This document shows, piece by piece, positions 25,830-40,984 of a stretch of DNA of 64,000 nucleotides. A program made the translations under genes and the position numbers. The first letter of the stretch is position 1, and the number at the start of each line of letters is the position of its first letter. The notes under the pieces are model-generated. The model had not been told where the DNA came from. It saw only the letters and a list, made by a program, of their open reading frames with translations, and did no database searches. Origin of the DNA: the human T2T-CHM13v2.0 reference genome, Homo sapiens; assembly GCF_009914755.1 (NCBI RefSeq), contig NC_060933.1; one strand, 5' to 3'.

Positions 25830-26300
25830 GGCCAATCTACAATGCTAACTGATTGTGGCTTTTCCTGCTTAAAACCTTTCATTAGAAATCATCACCTTTA
25901 GAGAAAAAAATCACATTATTTACATTGCATGCTGCTCACAATTAGAATCTTCACCTACTAGGCTTACCTCCTGCTTTTTACATCTTAGGCATCATTAATC
26001 ATTTTTTATAGTTCTCTAAGAAAGTGTTGCCATTTCATTTATGCCTTAGCACATGTTCTTTTCTTTGCTGGATGCACTCTTTCTGCTTTGCCCTCATGGA
26101 AAATACTTGTTTTATTTTAAGGGAAAGTTCAAGAGTCACCTAGTCTATGAAGGAGTATTCTATGAAGTACACCTACTCTATGAAGTATACCTACTCTGTG
26201 GTGAACTCTACTGTGCTACTCCAAGGCAGAGAGGTTATCTGTCTCTTCTCTACTACAAAAAACCTCATACATGCTTCTGTGATAGCACTATTACTTTGAT
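25830..26300 (+). mobile_element. L2 fragment containing a 17-bp tandem repeat (ctatgaagta.acctac, ~26146-26200)
   Basis: cctgcttaaaacctttc L2 motif; tandem unit read directly. Confidence 0.5.
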
Positions 26301-26696
26301 CGGGTTGAAGAAGAATTTCCTAAGTCTGAGGATGCAACTAGGAGCAGGTCTTTTCCTTTAATTAAAGAGAGAAAGAACAGAGACTCAAACTGTGAGAGCA
26401 AAACAGCAAGCTACTTTCACCTCCTATCTCTCTACATGCAGAGGAAAGGAAGGGTACATGCTGATATTGAACAGAGTGATATTCAGGCAAGACAGGGACA
26501 GCTCTTCTATTAGCATATTATTGCAGGTACAACAGCAATAGCAATGATATAACTGTGTGTCACACTATGTTAAGTTGCTGTAGGGGGAGGGCTCTTTCCT
26601 CTCTGGGACTGAGTATAATTGTGACTCTTATTGGAATCACAGAAGGATTTCAGAGATGGGCTACATGTGCATGTAGGTAAACCAGGGATTCTGTTC

Positions 26697-26780
26697 ATAT
26701 ATATCTATATCTTTCTCTATATATCTATATCTATAATCTATCATCTATCTATCTATCATCTATCTATCAATCATCTGTCT
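26697..26780. repeat. (TCTA)n/(TA)n compound simple repeat
   Basis: Read directly. Confidence 0.85.
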
Positions 26781-27168
26781 AAACTTCTTATGAATGAAGC
26801 ATATCATTTGTGCCTAAATTCAAATTATTTTACTCTAATTCAATAATTTTTATTTCATTAATATATATACTCAGTAGGCTTCAATTATTATGGATTGGGG
26901 GACCATCTGGTGAACAAAGGAAAAATCCCCTTAAAGTAACCTTTTCTGATCTTGAAGGGGAATTTTCCCAGAAACAGCTACCAATAAAATGGCATATCTT
27001 CATTTCCAGCCGGACTGAATGTACCCTTTAGTCTAGTTCTTAAACTGCATTTTCGTGTAGTGCCACCCCTGATGACAATGCTAATTTTCTGGTCAAGGAT
27101 GTTTCATTTGATTCAAGAGTTGGGTTTCTTTCAAATCCCAGAGGACTAGGGAATACTTGTGGGAAATC

Positions 27169-27460
27169 TTTTTTTTTTTTTTTTTTTTTTTTTTGAGACG
27201 GAGTCTCGCTGTCGCCCAGGCTGAAGTGCAGTGGCGCAATCTCGGCTCACTGCAGGCTCCGCCCCCTGGGGTTCACGCCATTCTCCTGCCTCAGCCTCCC
27301 GAGTAGCTGGGACTACAGGCGCCTGCCACCTTGCCCGGCTAATTTTTTGTATTTTTAGTAGAGACAGGGTTTCACCGTGTTAGCCAGGATGGTCTCGATC
27401 TCCTGACCTCGTGATCCGCCCGCCTCGGCCTCCCAAAGTGCTGGGATTACAGGCGTGAGC
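27169..27460 (-). mobile_element. AluY with AluYe5-type diagnostics, lacking the first ~14 nt
   Basis: CpG-rich; minus strand GAACCCCAGGGGGCGGAGCCTGCAG and GGCGACAGCGAGAC; pure T26 tail; TSD ggaaatc(t/a)tttt. Confidence 0.93.
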
Positions 27461-28119
27461 GGAAATCATTTTAATGTATCGAAAGTCTTGCACTTCACTG
27501 TTGTGAAGAAGGCCAGGTTAGAGCAGGGTTAAATATTCTGCAATCTAGTTGAATCATCTCAAAACTGAAGCACTCTGAGAGAATGCAGACTCCTTTTCTG
27601 ACCTCTCAGCTTTTATATTTCATCTTGGCAACAAAGAGTTTTACTGAGAATGAATACGTAGTTACACGCCTCCTGAGTTTCTGTGGTAAAACTGAAGAAG
27701 TGAGTGTATCCAATTGTTTAAAATAATGATGGATTTCTACATTAAGCAATGACAAGCCCCAAATGGTTTTATTTTCATGTGAATTATTCAGGTTAAATCT
27801 TTCAATTTCACCTCCTAGAGAAGGTACACTGGAAAAAGCCCTCCCATAATTTAACCTTGAGCGCTGAGAGCAATTTAAGTTTCCCTTCTGTAACCGGTTA
27901 CCTCTCTGGTTGAAAACAATATAGCTGTCTGTTGCTGCTTCACAGAGGTATATGATTTTGTACAAAGGATTCCTCTAATTGACTCAAACCCTGATTAAAT
28001 GACCCTTAGCCCAGTAGTGCATACTAAAGACCACACATGTTGGCAAGAGAAGATAATGACTATGCCTTAGGCCTTTTCCTCTCTGTAAGCATACTTTTCG
28101 AGTAATCTTATCTGTTTTC

Positions 28120-28530
28120 ATAATTTTAATTACCACCCAATGAAGATGACTCCCAGATAACACTGGCACCTAGGTGTCTCTCTAACATCAGACTTTTAAT
28201 GTCTATTTTCTTGATATTTTCACCTAGCTATACTACCGGAACCCAATCTTAATGTGTCCGAAACTGTACTCACCATCTTCCCATGATTGTCTTTCAGTGA
28301 GCTCTCTCTGTTGGGTTTCTTTCTTCTATCAGTAAATGGGACCAGCAGCCAGCTACTTGCCTATCCAGTCATGAAGTGAAAGCATCCTTCTTCCAAATAT
28401 TCCTTGCCATTATCAATTCCCTCCCAGCCTAACTCTTACTTTGCCTGAATTCGTCATTATTTTTTCCATCCCTTTGCCCTAGTTTTTTCAGGCCCCCTCT
28501 GCATAGAAGGTGCTTAGTGAATAAATGAGT
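28120..28530 (+). mobile_element. L2 fragments
   Basis: atgactcccaga..atgtgtccgaaactgtactcaccatcttccc; tail ggtgcttagtgaataaatga. Confidence 0.6.
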
Positions 28531-30076
28531 CCAAATATTTTTCCATTATTAGAGGCTTTAAGCTAATTGCTATTTTGCAAGTATTGGGTTTTCTTTTCTT
28601 TTGCTTTTCCCCCCAAGACTTGGTATTGGTCATAGGTCCTAACTTGGGTGCCTTTCTAAGGTGGTCTTACTCTAGTTCATGATCCTTGGATTTACTGGGA
28701 AAATGGGCGGCCCTCCTAACTAAATTCTACAGTTTTTTGCAGGGCCTTTAAAAAAGTCAGTCATGTGATCAATGCTATCACCTCTAAACTTGATTTTTTT
28801 TTTTTTTGTAATAAAGTTGTGTTTTCATTTTTTGGTAAATATAGGCATTTAAGTTCATCTTTTATTTTTCACAATTAATGCTCTGAATTGTGTAACAGAA
28901 GAATATAGCAAATAGTGGTTTTGTAGTTTTATGTGGCAGTAAACCGTACCCTGTCTTGATCTTTGCCCCAGTTAACCTCTTTTCTATTAATATGTATCAC
29001 CTAGTCTTTAAATAGACAGGCTTTCTAATCCCCAGATGGCAAAAAAGAACCCATTTATCTCACATAATTATGTACCTACTACTTTTGTAACAATAGAATT
29101 GATTCTCTGATAGAATGATTGTATACTGTGACTACGTTTAGCTTCAGGTCCAGACTTCTACCAAGAGCAAGAAAAGGTTTCTGTTGTTCATTGAACCAAG
29201 TGGAGAATTGGTTATAAGAGTAAAGTAACTTATTTTTGATTTCCAATCTACAAAGAAGAGTTTTTCATTCAAGGCAAAAGAAAATGATCAATGCTAAGGG
29301 AAACAAATCCACGCTAAGTTAAGTTCAAATTAAGCTCTAATGCAGCGCTTTATCAGCTCATATGTCTGTTAGTGTGAAAGTGATGCAAGAATAAGAAGTT
29401 CTAAATTGTCCTTGGTAATGTGCTAATATACCTACTGTTCTATTCCTAGTATTTTTGATTTTTAAAACTGCGTATTCTCATTAACTCATAGAATCCCAGA
29501 TCTATTTTCCTTATTTTGCATTATAAAGAGCAAAATTTATTAAAATATGTCATATTAGTAATATTTGTTATTAAATACTATCCATAAAAATAGAGTACTT
29601 TCTAGAAATTTGAAATTCTTAATCTATATTATCTATATTTACCCTCTCTACTTTTTCTTGCAGTGATTATTGGTATAATTTCAAGCTCTTTTGAGTTTCT
29701 CTACAACCTCATCAATAACAATACAAATTTTAACCCAGTCTTTCCATACCCATTCTCAGATTAAGCTAGTATTTTTGTTACTACTCATTACTATTTTTAT
29801 AGTAAAACAACCTTAAGGACTATTTCAAATAAATAGCAACCTAACATAGATTTGAAGTGTCAAAACTGTGCTCTTGAAATGAAGCCCGACTATTTGCATT
29901 TACAAAGAGGTTACTGCAAAAGTTGCTAGTAGTCAACAAAGAAGTAAATTTATACAGTTGTTACTCCCAGACATAAGTGCTTCTTTATTCTTTTCTGGGA
30001 ATATTTGCACATGCCAAATTATTCTCAGTCTTTATCATTTATATCATCAAGAATATTCAGAATGCCTTATTTCACA

Positions 30077-30077
<1 letters not shown>

Positions 30078-30113
<36 letters not shown>
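30078..30113. repeat. (CA)18 microsatellite
   Basis: Read directly. Confidence 0.95.
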
Positions 30114-30116
<3 letters not shown>

Positions 30117-30292
30117 CAAAGATACATTTTTGGGTTAACAAAGTGAACATACGTTGATGATTCCTGTTGGCATAAGTAAGTGTTGGATAGATTTAGGTGG
30201 AAATATATGTCTTTCTAATTCAAATATCTAAAAATATTTTAAATGTTTTAAAAATTGAAGATGGTATTTAAAAAGATAGTGACCATATATTT

Positions 30293-30670
30293 ATTTATAT
30301 ATTTTTTATTATTACTTTAAGTTTTAGGGTACATGTGCACAATGTGCAGGTTAGACTGGATTAAGAAAATGTGGCACATATACACCATGGAATACTATGG
30401 AGCCATAAAAAATGATGAGTTCATGTCCTTTGTAGGGACATGGATGAAGCTGGAAATCATCATTCTCAGCAAACTATCTCAAGGACAAAAAACCAAACAC
30501 TGCATGTTCTCACTCATAGGTGGGAATTGAACAATGAGAACACATGGACACAGGAAGGGGAACATCACACACAGGGGCCTGTTGTGGGGTGGGGGGAGGG
30601 GGAGGGATAGCATTTGGAGATATACCTAATGTTAAATGATGAGTTACCGGGTGCAGCACACCAACATGGC
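30293..30670 (-). mobile_element. Short twin-primed L1PA2/3-like insertion: 3' end and tail on minus (30293-30354), inverted arm on plus (30352-30670)
   Basis: ORF 30333-30530 is the ORF2 C-terminus; TSD agtgaccatatattt (30278-30292) / agtaaccgtatattt (30671-30685). Confidence 0.92.
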
Positions 30671-30991
30671 AGTAACCGTATATTTAAAAAACTACATTCA
30701 GCAGAAATGCTGCACAAAATTTCTTTCATTGCTTTGTGGCATTCATGTCTTCTCAATGTCAAGGTCAGGAGGATTTGTTTCTGTTACGAGGAGATTTCTA
30801 GAATCCCTCAAAATTCGCTTCTGCAATATGGCTTTGATTTGGGAGCAAAACTTCAGAAAGAGAATGCCATTTCTTTTAAAACTTAAAAGTGTACTTATGC
30901 TTCAATTAATGTTAACAGGATGAGGGGGCGGGTGGTCTACAGAAGATAAAGTTTTTTAGGTCAGGCAGATTCTTCCTTAAAAATTATTACA

Positions 30992-31303
<312 letters not shown>

Positions 31304-31529
31304 CTATAGCACTGTAAAGCTTTATACATATGAGGTGGTCAATACATATTTGTTATATATGAAATAACTAAATAAAGCAAAATAAAATAAAGACATGGAG
31401 TGCTTTGGACAAGCTGCTTAACTGCTCTGGTTCTCAGTGTTATCATGCATAAAAGGTAGATAATAATACGGTCTCTGACTTAAGATGGTTCCACTTAGAT
31501 TTGTTGACTTTATGATGGTGTCAAAGTGA

Positions 31530-32257
<728 letters not shown>

Positions 32258-32859
32258 TATAGTATTTAATAAATTGCATGAGCTATACAACACTTTATTA
32301 TAAAATAAGCCTTGTGTTAGATGATTTTGTCCAACTGTAGGCTAAGGTAAGTACTCTGAGAACGTTTAAGCTAGGTTAGGCTGAACTGATATTCAGCAGG
32401 TTGGGTGTGTTAAATGAATTTTTGAATCATGATGTTTTCGGTTTATGATGGATTTATTGAATCATAACTCCATTGTAAGTCAAGGAACAGCTCTAGGACT
32501 TATCTTAGAAGATTATTGTGAGGATTATATTGGACAATGCAGGCAATACAACTTGGTACCGGGCCAAGTACATAGTATCCTTTGTATAACTTTGTACCGT
32601 GCCAAGGACATAGTAAATGCTCAATAAACATTAATTGTTATGATGATTTTCCTTATAATGAAGGCAATAATTTTATAAATTTCATTAGTGCTTTGACTCA
32701 TAGTATAATGGGGAAATAATATTTTATTGAATAGTTCAGTGCTTGTTAGCAAAGATTTTCTTTAGATATAAGACCAGAAAAATTTCATTTGCTTTTACAG
32801 ATTTCTCTGGGATTTTAGTTAGTATTGGTTGCCAAAATGGCAACTTTGAGTGTTAATAT

Positions 32860-33046
32860 ATTAAGAATGTAATTGGATTATTTGTAACTCAAAGGATGAA
32901 TGCTTGAGGGGATGGATGCTGAATTCTCCATGACGTGCTTATTTCACATTGCATGCATGTATCAAAACAGCTCATGTGCTCCTAAAATATATACATGTAC
33001 TATGCACCCACACAAATTTACAAATTAATCTTAAAATTTAAAAAAC
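32860..33046 (+). mobile_element. L1MA1-3-like 3' end
   Basis: aattggattatttgtaactcaaaggatgaatgcttgaggggatggat..A-rich tail. Confidence 0.85.
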
Positions 33047-33899
33047 AGCTACTACTTTGTAGCCATATCATTACTATGTGAAGAAGCTACATTGTTTGTT
33101 GGATTTCATTTAAAACTGCCTTGAAACTCATGTATATGTCACCCATGGTGATGCATCCTTAAATTTCCTAAATGATTTCTTTCATGAACTTTAACCTACC
33201 TCACCTTTCTAAACAACTGGGAATATATCAAATAAAATGAGCATTCTACATGAGATTCTAAACTTATTATAATTGAGTTTATATTGCACATGACAAACAT
33301 GAAATCAATCTTTTCATAGGCAACTCCAAATTCTCTGCCTTCAAATTGTCAATGTGTTGAGTCCCTTCAACTCAAACATGCATTTGGAAGGTCAGGACTG
33401 TGTCATTAGTCAGCACTTGAATCTCAGCTAGGTTGCTTATCTCTTATGTTTCAAGAACTTATATATCATATTGTCTATGATGGTTTCAAAAGTAACATTA
33501 TAATCCAAGTAGAAGAATCTGACAAACTTCTCTTGTTGGCTAAGAAACTGGAAAAATAAAAATAATGTGGTATATTTTCCACAGTTAATTTTTATAAAAA
33601 TTTGAGATGTCTTTTCTCATTTCTGATGTTTAAATATCCATTATAAAAATAAAAAGTGGTGATTGTGGATAATAGTAATTATCGTATACCAGCAAAATAA
33701 AAAGTTGGTTACCCCATGTGTGTCCACTAACATTTTGTTTACTTAGCTAGCTAGAGAATAAGTTCTAATGCCCCTTAGGATTACTCTTTTCATTCAGCTC
33801 TCTAATGACCATCTCTTTCTATGATATAATTTTCTATTATAGCTATGCTACATTTATATTCCTGTATTATTTGAATTTTATTAAATTCTCTCTTTCAAT

Positions 33900-34044
33900 A
33901 AATATATATTGAGTGTGCATTCTCTCTCTCTATAGACCCCATATATAGAGACCACATATTATATAATATATATATATATAAATATAGACCTTATATAGAA
34001 AGACCATATATAGAGACCATATATATAGACCATGTCTACACAGA

Positions 34045-34109
<65 letters not shown>

Positions 34110-34110
34110 A
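33900..34110. repeat. Compound (TA)n / atatagagacc units / (CA)n repeat
   Basis: Read directly. Confidence 0.9.
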
Positions 34111-35014
34111 AGAGAGGGAGACAGAATGTAAATAGCATGGCACTAGTGCAATGACTGGGTGTTTGATTACTGAACAACACGACATCTAGTTTGACATAGT
34201 TTCCCAATTGAACCCTTTCCACTATTACCTTTTTAATTTTCTTCTATTTTCTGCTACTCTGTTCAAGTAAAACACAGAAATTATTTTGCCAATATATAGT
34301 TGAAAGGTATTTAGAAAGCTCAGAAACAAATGTCACCATCAGAATTCCAACAGTATATTTTATGTTCACCCAGAAAGAAAACAAAAGCAAAGAAAAAACT
34401 ATCCAAATTAGAAACGCTGCAGAAGTATAATGAGTACTGAGTATAATCCTTCAGAAGTATTATGGAGTTTGAGTTATTTTTCTTAAGAAGAATGAAGCCC
34501 ACACATCATTGAGTTCCAGATTTTGGGGAAAAGTTCTAGCCCACTGCTTTTCGGCACTTGAATCGGCTTAAAGGGAATTGTCTGCTGTGCTTGATGGTTT
34601 GGCTGATTCCAGAAGCTGCTGGATGTTCTGGGCTCAATGGAGTAGAACATCATAGGCTAAAACTGATTCATGATCCACTTAGTGGAGAAGGAAAAAGTTT
34701 TTACCTGGGGGAGTTATCATTTCCTCTAACATTGTGTCCTGGGGTGTGGCTTGAAATAATTTCAAAAAACATTCCCAAGTGGAAACATTTTTCTCATGTT
34801 TCCAGGATAGTGGGTGATGTCTTTGTGTGAAAAGCTAGTGCCACAGATAAACTGTTAAGTTTTAGTTTATCGTAACAACTTCATTCTTTGTTTTCTGTTA
34901 ACCCTTATTTAAAATGCTCTGAAATATGGCTTGTAAGTCTGGAAAAATCTCTCCCTTTTCTCCAAGTTATTGACCTAAAAGTGAATTTAAGAAGTCTACA
35001 AAAATGCCTTTGAT

Positions 35015-35530
<516 letters not shown>

Positions 35531-36779
35531 CTGAGCTCTCTGAGTCCACGTTTTAGACCCTTTCTGTGAGAATTCGTTGCCTCTGACACTTATATTACTT
35601 CTTTCATGTAAAATATTTTTCTGCCCCTATGTATTTTACCTACCCATCTTGACTTGATAATCAAAGTGAAAATAATTGTAAGGAAGGCAAACTTTCTTAA
35701 TTGTTTTCTACATATGTTGAAACTTTCTTATAGGTTCATTTCCGTAGATTGATTATATTTCACCTTTTAAATTTCTTTTCTGTGTTTAGAGAAAAATTGC
35801 AGTGTATGAAAGTCACTGAGAGATAATTATCTGCTTGTAATTGATGGTAACTGCTTGGAATTTTCCAGGGAGTATGTGGATTATGGCTGGTCATCACATT
35901 AAAATCTGTCTCATGGGGTTCCATCGTGCTATTTGAAAAACCTGTGAGAAATAGTAAGAAACTATTAAGAAATTTCAATGTAAAATGACCCAAGTGGCTT
36001 ACTATAGATTCTGTCTGATATTTTTCATTTTTAATATGAAGACTGGGATTTGTGATTTAAATTTTATATAGTAAAAATCTGTCTGCAGAAAATGTAAGCT
36101 TTATTTTCCCTATTCTTTATTGTTATGCTTCCTCTTTTTTATTAGAGAGTTATAATAATTAGAATGCAAAGAATCTCTTTCTCCAGAAGACCTTTCTGAT
36201 GAATACCAGCAATTTCATTCTTCTGTCCTTGTTCATAGTTTCCATGATCACAAATTATCTTTTGTTTTCTAGCTAACATATTTATACTTTGTGCATTTTT
36301 TCCACCTGTCCGCCCCAAAACCAACTCTCCATTTAGATCCTCATGGATGTGGCCTTGATTTTGTTTCCTTAATAGTCAGTGTGACAGAATTTTCTGAATT
36401 CTTGGTCTGCAAAGAATCAGAGTATACTAGTGAGGATGGTAAAATTAAAATTTATTAGACATACCATAGTGCAGTGAAATATAATACAGTATCAAGGAAG
36501 TAGACGAAATCCTCAGATACTCTACATTTCTCTAGCTTAGAGATTCCATTTCTCCCTAGGCAGAATTGTTAAAATCAATTTTATTGTGAATATAATGGAC
36601 ATATGAAGAAATGCACAAAATAAATAATATTGGTATATAAAGTACATTTATGTGACCACTACCTAGGTGAAGAAATAGAACATTGCAGGAATCCCAGAAA
36701 ATCTCTGCATTACCTATCCCAACTCTGCTGATTTTTATGTTATCCACATCCTAGCATTCCTTTAAACTTTACCTCACTT

Positions 36780-37166
36780 GTGTAGTCTGTAGTAAATGCT
36801 GTCAGTCTTCTATTTTGCCTCTTCACATCTGCTTTACTAAATGCTGTGGGGTTTGCATGGCAAAAACTCACAGTTGCCCACTTATCTGGAGAATTACCCT
36901 TGGCCAAATGGGAATCACTACCAGGCATGTCATGCCTCCTCTCTCCCTGCAGCCTCAGTATTGACTGTAGCACATTGACTGTCCCTTAACTCAAGGTGGG
37001 ATGAACTGTGTGATGCTCCAATGTTTCACCTTGGAATTGAAACAAAGCTGTTTTTTAAATGAGACCTTACTCTTGCAGGCTTTATTGCTCCTCTCTTGAT
37101 ACCGCTCCTCCAAGAAATGAATCAATTGAGCAAGAACCCATCTCAGGCTCTGATTCTAAGATCACA
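36780..37166 (+). mobile_element. LTR16-like (ERVL) LTR
   Basis: ctggagaattacccttggccaaatggga, cctt..ctcaaggtgggat, caagaacccatctcaggctctg. Confidence 0.65.
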
Positions 37167-37588
37167 CGAGATTGTCAACAAAGGAGATAGGGATTTGGGG
37201 AGCTACCTTAAAAATCTGTCCATCACACATCCTTAGCCAACTCAGACTAGTTTTGCCTATTGAATACATATTGAATTTTATATATTTGAGATCATACACT
37301 ATGTGCTTATTTTGTCTGTTTTTTCTCCTCTCATTCTTTTTCATGCGCATACCCGATTTTCTAAATATCACTATGGTATTTTTAAGATTTGTCTGCATTG
37401 CTGCAGGTGGTTGCAATTTATTCATTTTTATTTCTGTGTAATAAAAACCAATAAGTTATTTTTTCATTCTATTTTTGGACATCTTGTTGGTTTTGATTGT
37501 TTCCACTTGTTTTGCGATTGAAAACTATACTATTATGAAGATAATTATGTTTTTATCCTGATGCACATAACCTCACTTTTGTATGAGG

Positions 37589-37771
37589 CAGTGCTTCTTA
37601 AAGTTTAGCAAGCATAAGAATCACCAGATGGGCTTGTTAAAACCTAGATTTCTGAGACACAGTTCTGGGGTTTCTGTCCCAGAATGTCTGTTACGGGATT
37701 TGCATTCTAACATCTTCGTAGGTGATACTGATGCTGCTGGTCTGGGGTCCTCACCTGGGAGAAACACTACG
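37589..37771. mobile_element. MER5A
   Basis: agaatcacc..gggcttgttaaaac..tttgcattctaaca..ggtgatactgatgctgctggtc. Confidence 0.88.
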
Positions 37772-38571
37772 GTAGAGTATATTCCTAGTTGTGAAACTGT
37801 TAGCTCAAGAGTCTGCATATGTTCAGTTTAGTAGTTAATACCTACAATTTGCCAGAGTTATACCACATTGTGTATACCTACAGCGACATACAAAAATTCT
37901 TGTTGCTCCATGTTGTGGTCAGCACTAATTTTCAAATTCCTAAATTTTAAATCTAGTAAAATTGTATTGATATCACAGTGATTTAAATTCATATCTCTGT
38001 GATTATAAAAAGACTGAGTATCCATTTTATGGCTTGCTTTTTCACACTTAGTGGCATATTTTCAAAAAGAGTAATCCTTAATTTTAGTATATCCAAACTT
38101 TTTCTTTCACATTATGAACCATGATCCACCTAAAATTGATTTCTGCATGTGTTATAAAATTGAGAATCAATTTCTTTTTGTTTATATACCTACTTCATTG
38201 CCCCAACATCATTTATCAAAAAGTATTTTCTCTGTCATAGTCAGGTGTCATTTATATGTGAGGTCCTTTCTTGGTTCTTTAGTCTGATGATTTGTCTACT
38301 CTCTTTCTCTGCCATTCTATCCCACGATCTTAGTTAGTTCAGCTTCATTTTACCACTTACAGTAGTTAATATAGTAGTATATTTGTATTTCCGGTGAACT
38401 TAACAGTTTTTCCTCATGCAATGACTATTTCTGTAATAATTCTCTTTGCCTTAATATATATTTTGTTTAATATTACTGTACTTATGTTAGCTTTTTCTGG
38501 TGTTTACCTTATCTTTTATTTTGTATCATTTTACATCCAAGATTTATGTAAATTCCAGTTTCAAATGTGTA

Positions 38572-38809
38572 CAGTTGACCTATGAACAACAGAGGTTTGA
38601 ATTACAAAACTCCACTTATATGTAGATTTTTTTTCAACCAAATATAGATAAAAATAGAGTATTCACCCAATGTGAAACCCATGTACCTGGAGGGCTAACT
38701 TTTCACATATGTGGGTTATGCAGGGCTGACTATAAAACTTGATTACACACATATTTATGTATAAGTAGGTGGTCCTGGAACAAATCCCCTGTATACAGAG
38801 TGACAGTTG
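38572..38809 (-). mobile_element. MER8 (Tigger2-derived)
   Basis: About 238 bp; cagttgacc terminus after TA; ggtcctggaacaaatcccc. Confidence 0.8.
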
Positions 38810-39624
38810 TGTAAAAGATTTGTAGCTAGTTTTTATTTTTTAAAATCAGTATATGAATCATTGCTTTTTAACTGGAACATTTGGTTGATTTACATTTAAT
38901 ACTATTACTGAAATATTTGGGTTTAAATTGATTATATGATGATGTAAATTGGTTATATGATTATAATCACTTATGTGATTAGTAACTATTTTACCTGTTC
39001 TATATTATGTTTTTCTTGTTGCTGCATACAAAGACGCACACATACAAACATACACACATAAATCACACAGAGACATATATTTAAGAGTTTGGAAGTTACA
39101 AACTTTTTCCCTATTCATGAGTGTTACTCTAGAGATAATATAGGCACCCTTGATTTACAAAAAATTAATAATTATCTTTATCTGAGTTCTTCTTTCCAAA
39201 AATGCCAGAATCTTAGAACACTTGTGATTCAATTACCCATTTTAATATATATGCTATTATTCTGTGTTTTAATTCTCTCTTTATGTGAAGTCTTACAGGA
39301 CACTTTTGCTTTTGTTTTCTATACTCAAAGTTTATTTATATTTACAAAATGTGTACTATTTTCTTTGCTCATCATGCCTTCCTGCATTTCTGAGCTTAAA
39401 TCTCCACGAAAGTGGTAAGAATGGTTATTTTATTGTCGATACCTGATAATTCCAATAACTGGATTCCCACTGTGACTCTTTCTGTTGTCTGTTGTTCCTC
39501 CTGGTTTGGCTTGTCTTGTTTTGCATCTCTTCTTCTTTCTTTGTTGGATGTTGTATAAAAAAATTACTTCTAGAAATAATTTAAGGCCTAAAATTGTGTT
39601 GTTTTTTGTTTGGAAGATATAATA

Positions 39625-39990
39625 GGAGCCAAAGCAGCAACAGAATTCACTCGAAAGGGATTAATTGGGTTAAGGGACTATTTACAAACTGTTGTTGGGT
39701 AGGAAATAAACAAGGGCAGTTGAATCACCCACTCAAGTGGAGAGGCTACCCACCTGTGAAGCTTTAGTTATAGACAGATACAACCTACTGCCAGAACTGT
39801 AGCATGAAAGCAGGAATGGGGTGTGGCACAAATACCCCAATTTCTTTATACTGCCACCCTCAGATCTCCTCATCATGCTTCCCTGTGTCCAAAACCAACC
39901 AGAAGCCAGAGTACATGGGAGTCTGGATGATGTAGTCAATTAGGGGTCAGTGAACCTAAAGCAAAGAGCAGAGAAGAGAAGGGCAGAAAT
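39625..39990 (-). mobile_element. LTR33-like (ERVL) LTR fragment
   Basis: aagggactatttaca; ccctcagatctcct..ccaaaaccaaccagaagccagag. Confidence 0.65.
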
Positions 39991-40383
39991 ATATAGATTA
40001 AGTACAGTGGATATGTTTTTCTTCTAAGCTCCTTGCTAAGGCCAAGGCTTGAGTTTCTCTTGGACGCCTCAGTAACCCATTGGGTTATACTCCAACAACT
40101 CATTGTCTAGGTGGATCCCTCTAGCTCAGGACCCAGAGAGGTGGTGACTCACCAGAGTGTGCCATCTTGGTGGGCACTGTACTTCACCTGCTGCTCACTG
40201 AGTCCGCTGAAAGCAAAGCATGACCTTTCAGCTGCCTCCAGTCAATCTGTAAAATTTCCAGGGCAGAAGCAGTGCTCATCTCTAATGTTCTCTGATCTCC
40301 ACTTGGTGATTACTCATTCTCTTTGCTTTTACTAGGATTTTGCAGAGGGATCTAATGATTTTGTCTGCAGCAGGAGGATTGAA

Positions 40384-40600
40384 CAGGGATTGGCAAATGA
40401 TAGCCCATGGACCAAATCTAGCCCAATGTTTTTATAAATAAAGTGTTATTGAAAAAAACCACACCTATTTATTAACATACTTTCTATGGCTACATTCATG
40501 AACAACCACAAGGTTGAGTCGTTGTGACAGAGATGGTCTTGTCCACAAAGTCTTAGTATTTATTATCTAGCCCTTTGTGGAAAAAGTTTGCTGAATGCTG
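40384..40600. mobile_element. MER58A
   Basis: cagggattggcaaa and aaaaagtttgctgaatgctg termini; taaataaagtgttattg. Confidence 0.88.
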
Positions 40601-40984
40601 GTATACATGCCCACCATTATTAGAAGCCAGCTGTCCCTCCTACAAGACAATTTAAGATATGTATAATTTACTCATGTGAAGCATCTTCATCTGTAATAGC
40701 TAATTAAATTTTAGTGGTAAACTTGACTGGGTTGAATTTCTTTTCCTTATTATTACAGATCTATCTAATCATGGTGATATTAATGAGATGTTCAGCGTTC
40801 AAACTGAAGTTAATTGGAAGGAAAGTAAGTAGAAAGAAGTAGTCTAGGTTATTGGAAAAAAAAAACTAATCAAACTGCCACTGATAGAGATAAACGTAAA
40901 ACTATAACTTTAAAGTGATTAAAAATCTGATTAAGTGACTTAATTAAATGTGCACACAAGTAAATATGGGCTCGTAACCATTTC

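Larger units (their letters stand above)
36555..39600 (-). mobile_element. Highly diverged L1ME-type fragments interrupted by LTR16-like, MER5A and MER8 elements
   Basis: T-rich antisense L1 3'UTR/ORF2 motifs throughout. Confidence 0.65.

Noticed and set aside
26146-26210. Short direct repeats as a CRISPR-like array
   Set aside because: Head-to-tail 17-bp units without spacers in mammalian DNA.
26300-26665. Possible ancient LTR ending in ..ctaca
   Set aside because: Too diverged to name without a profile search.
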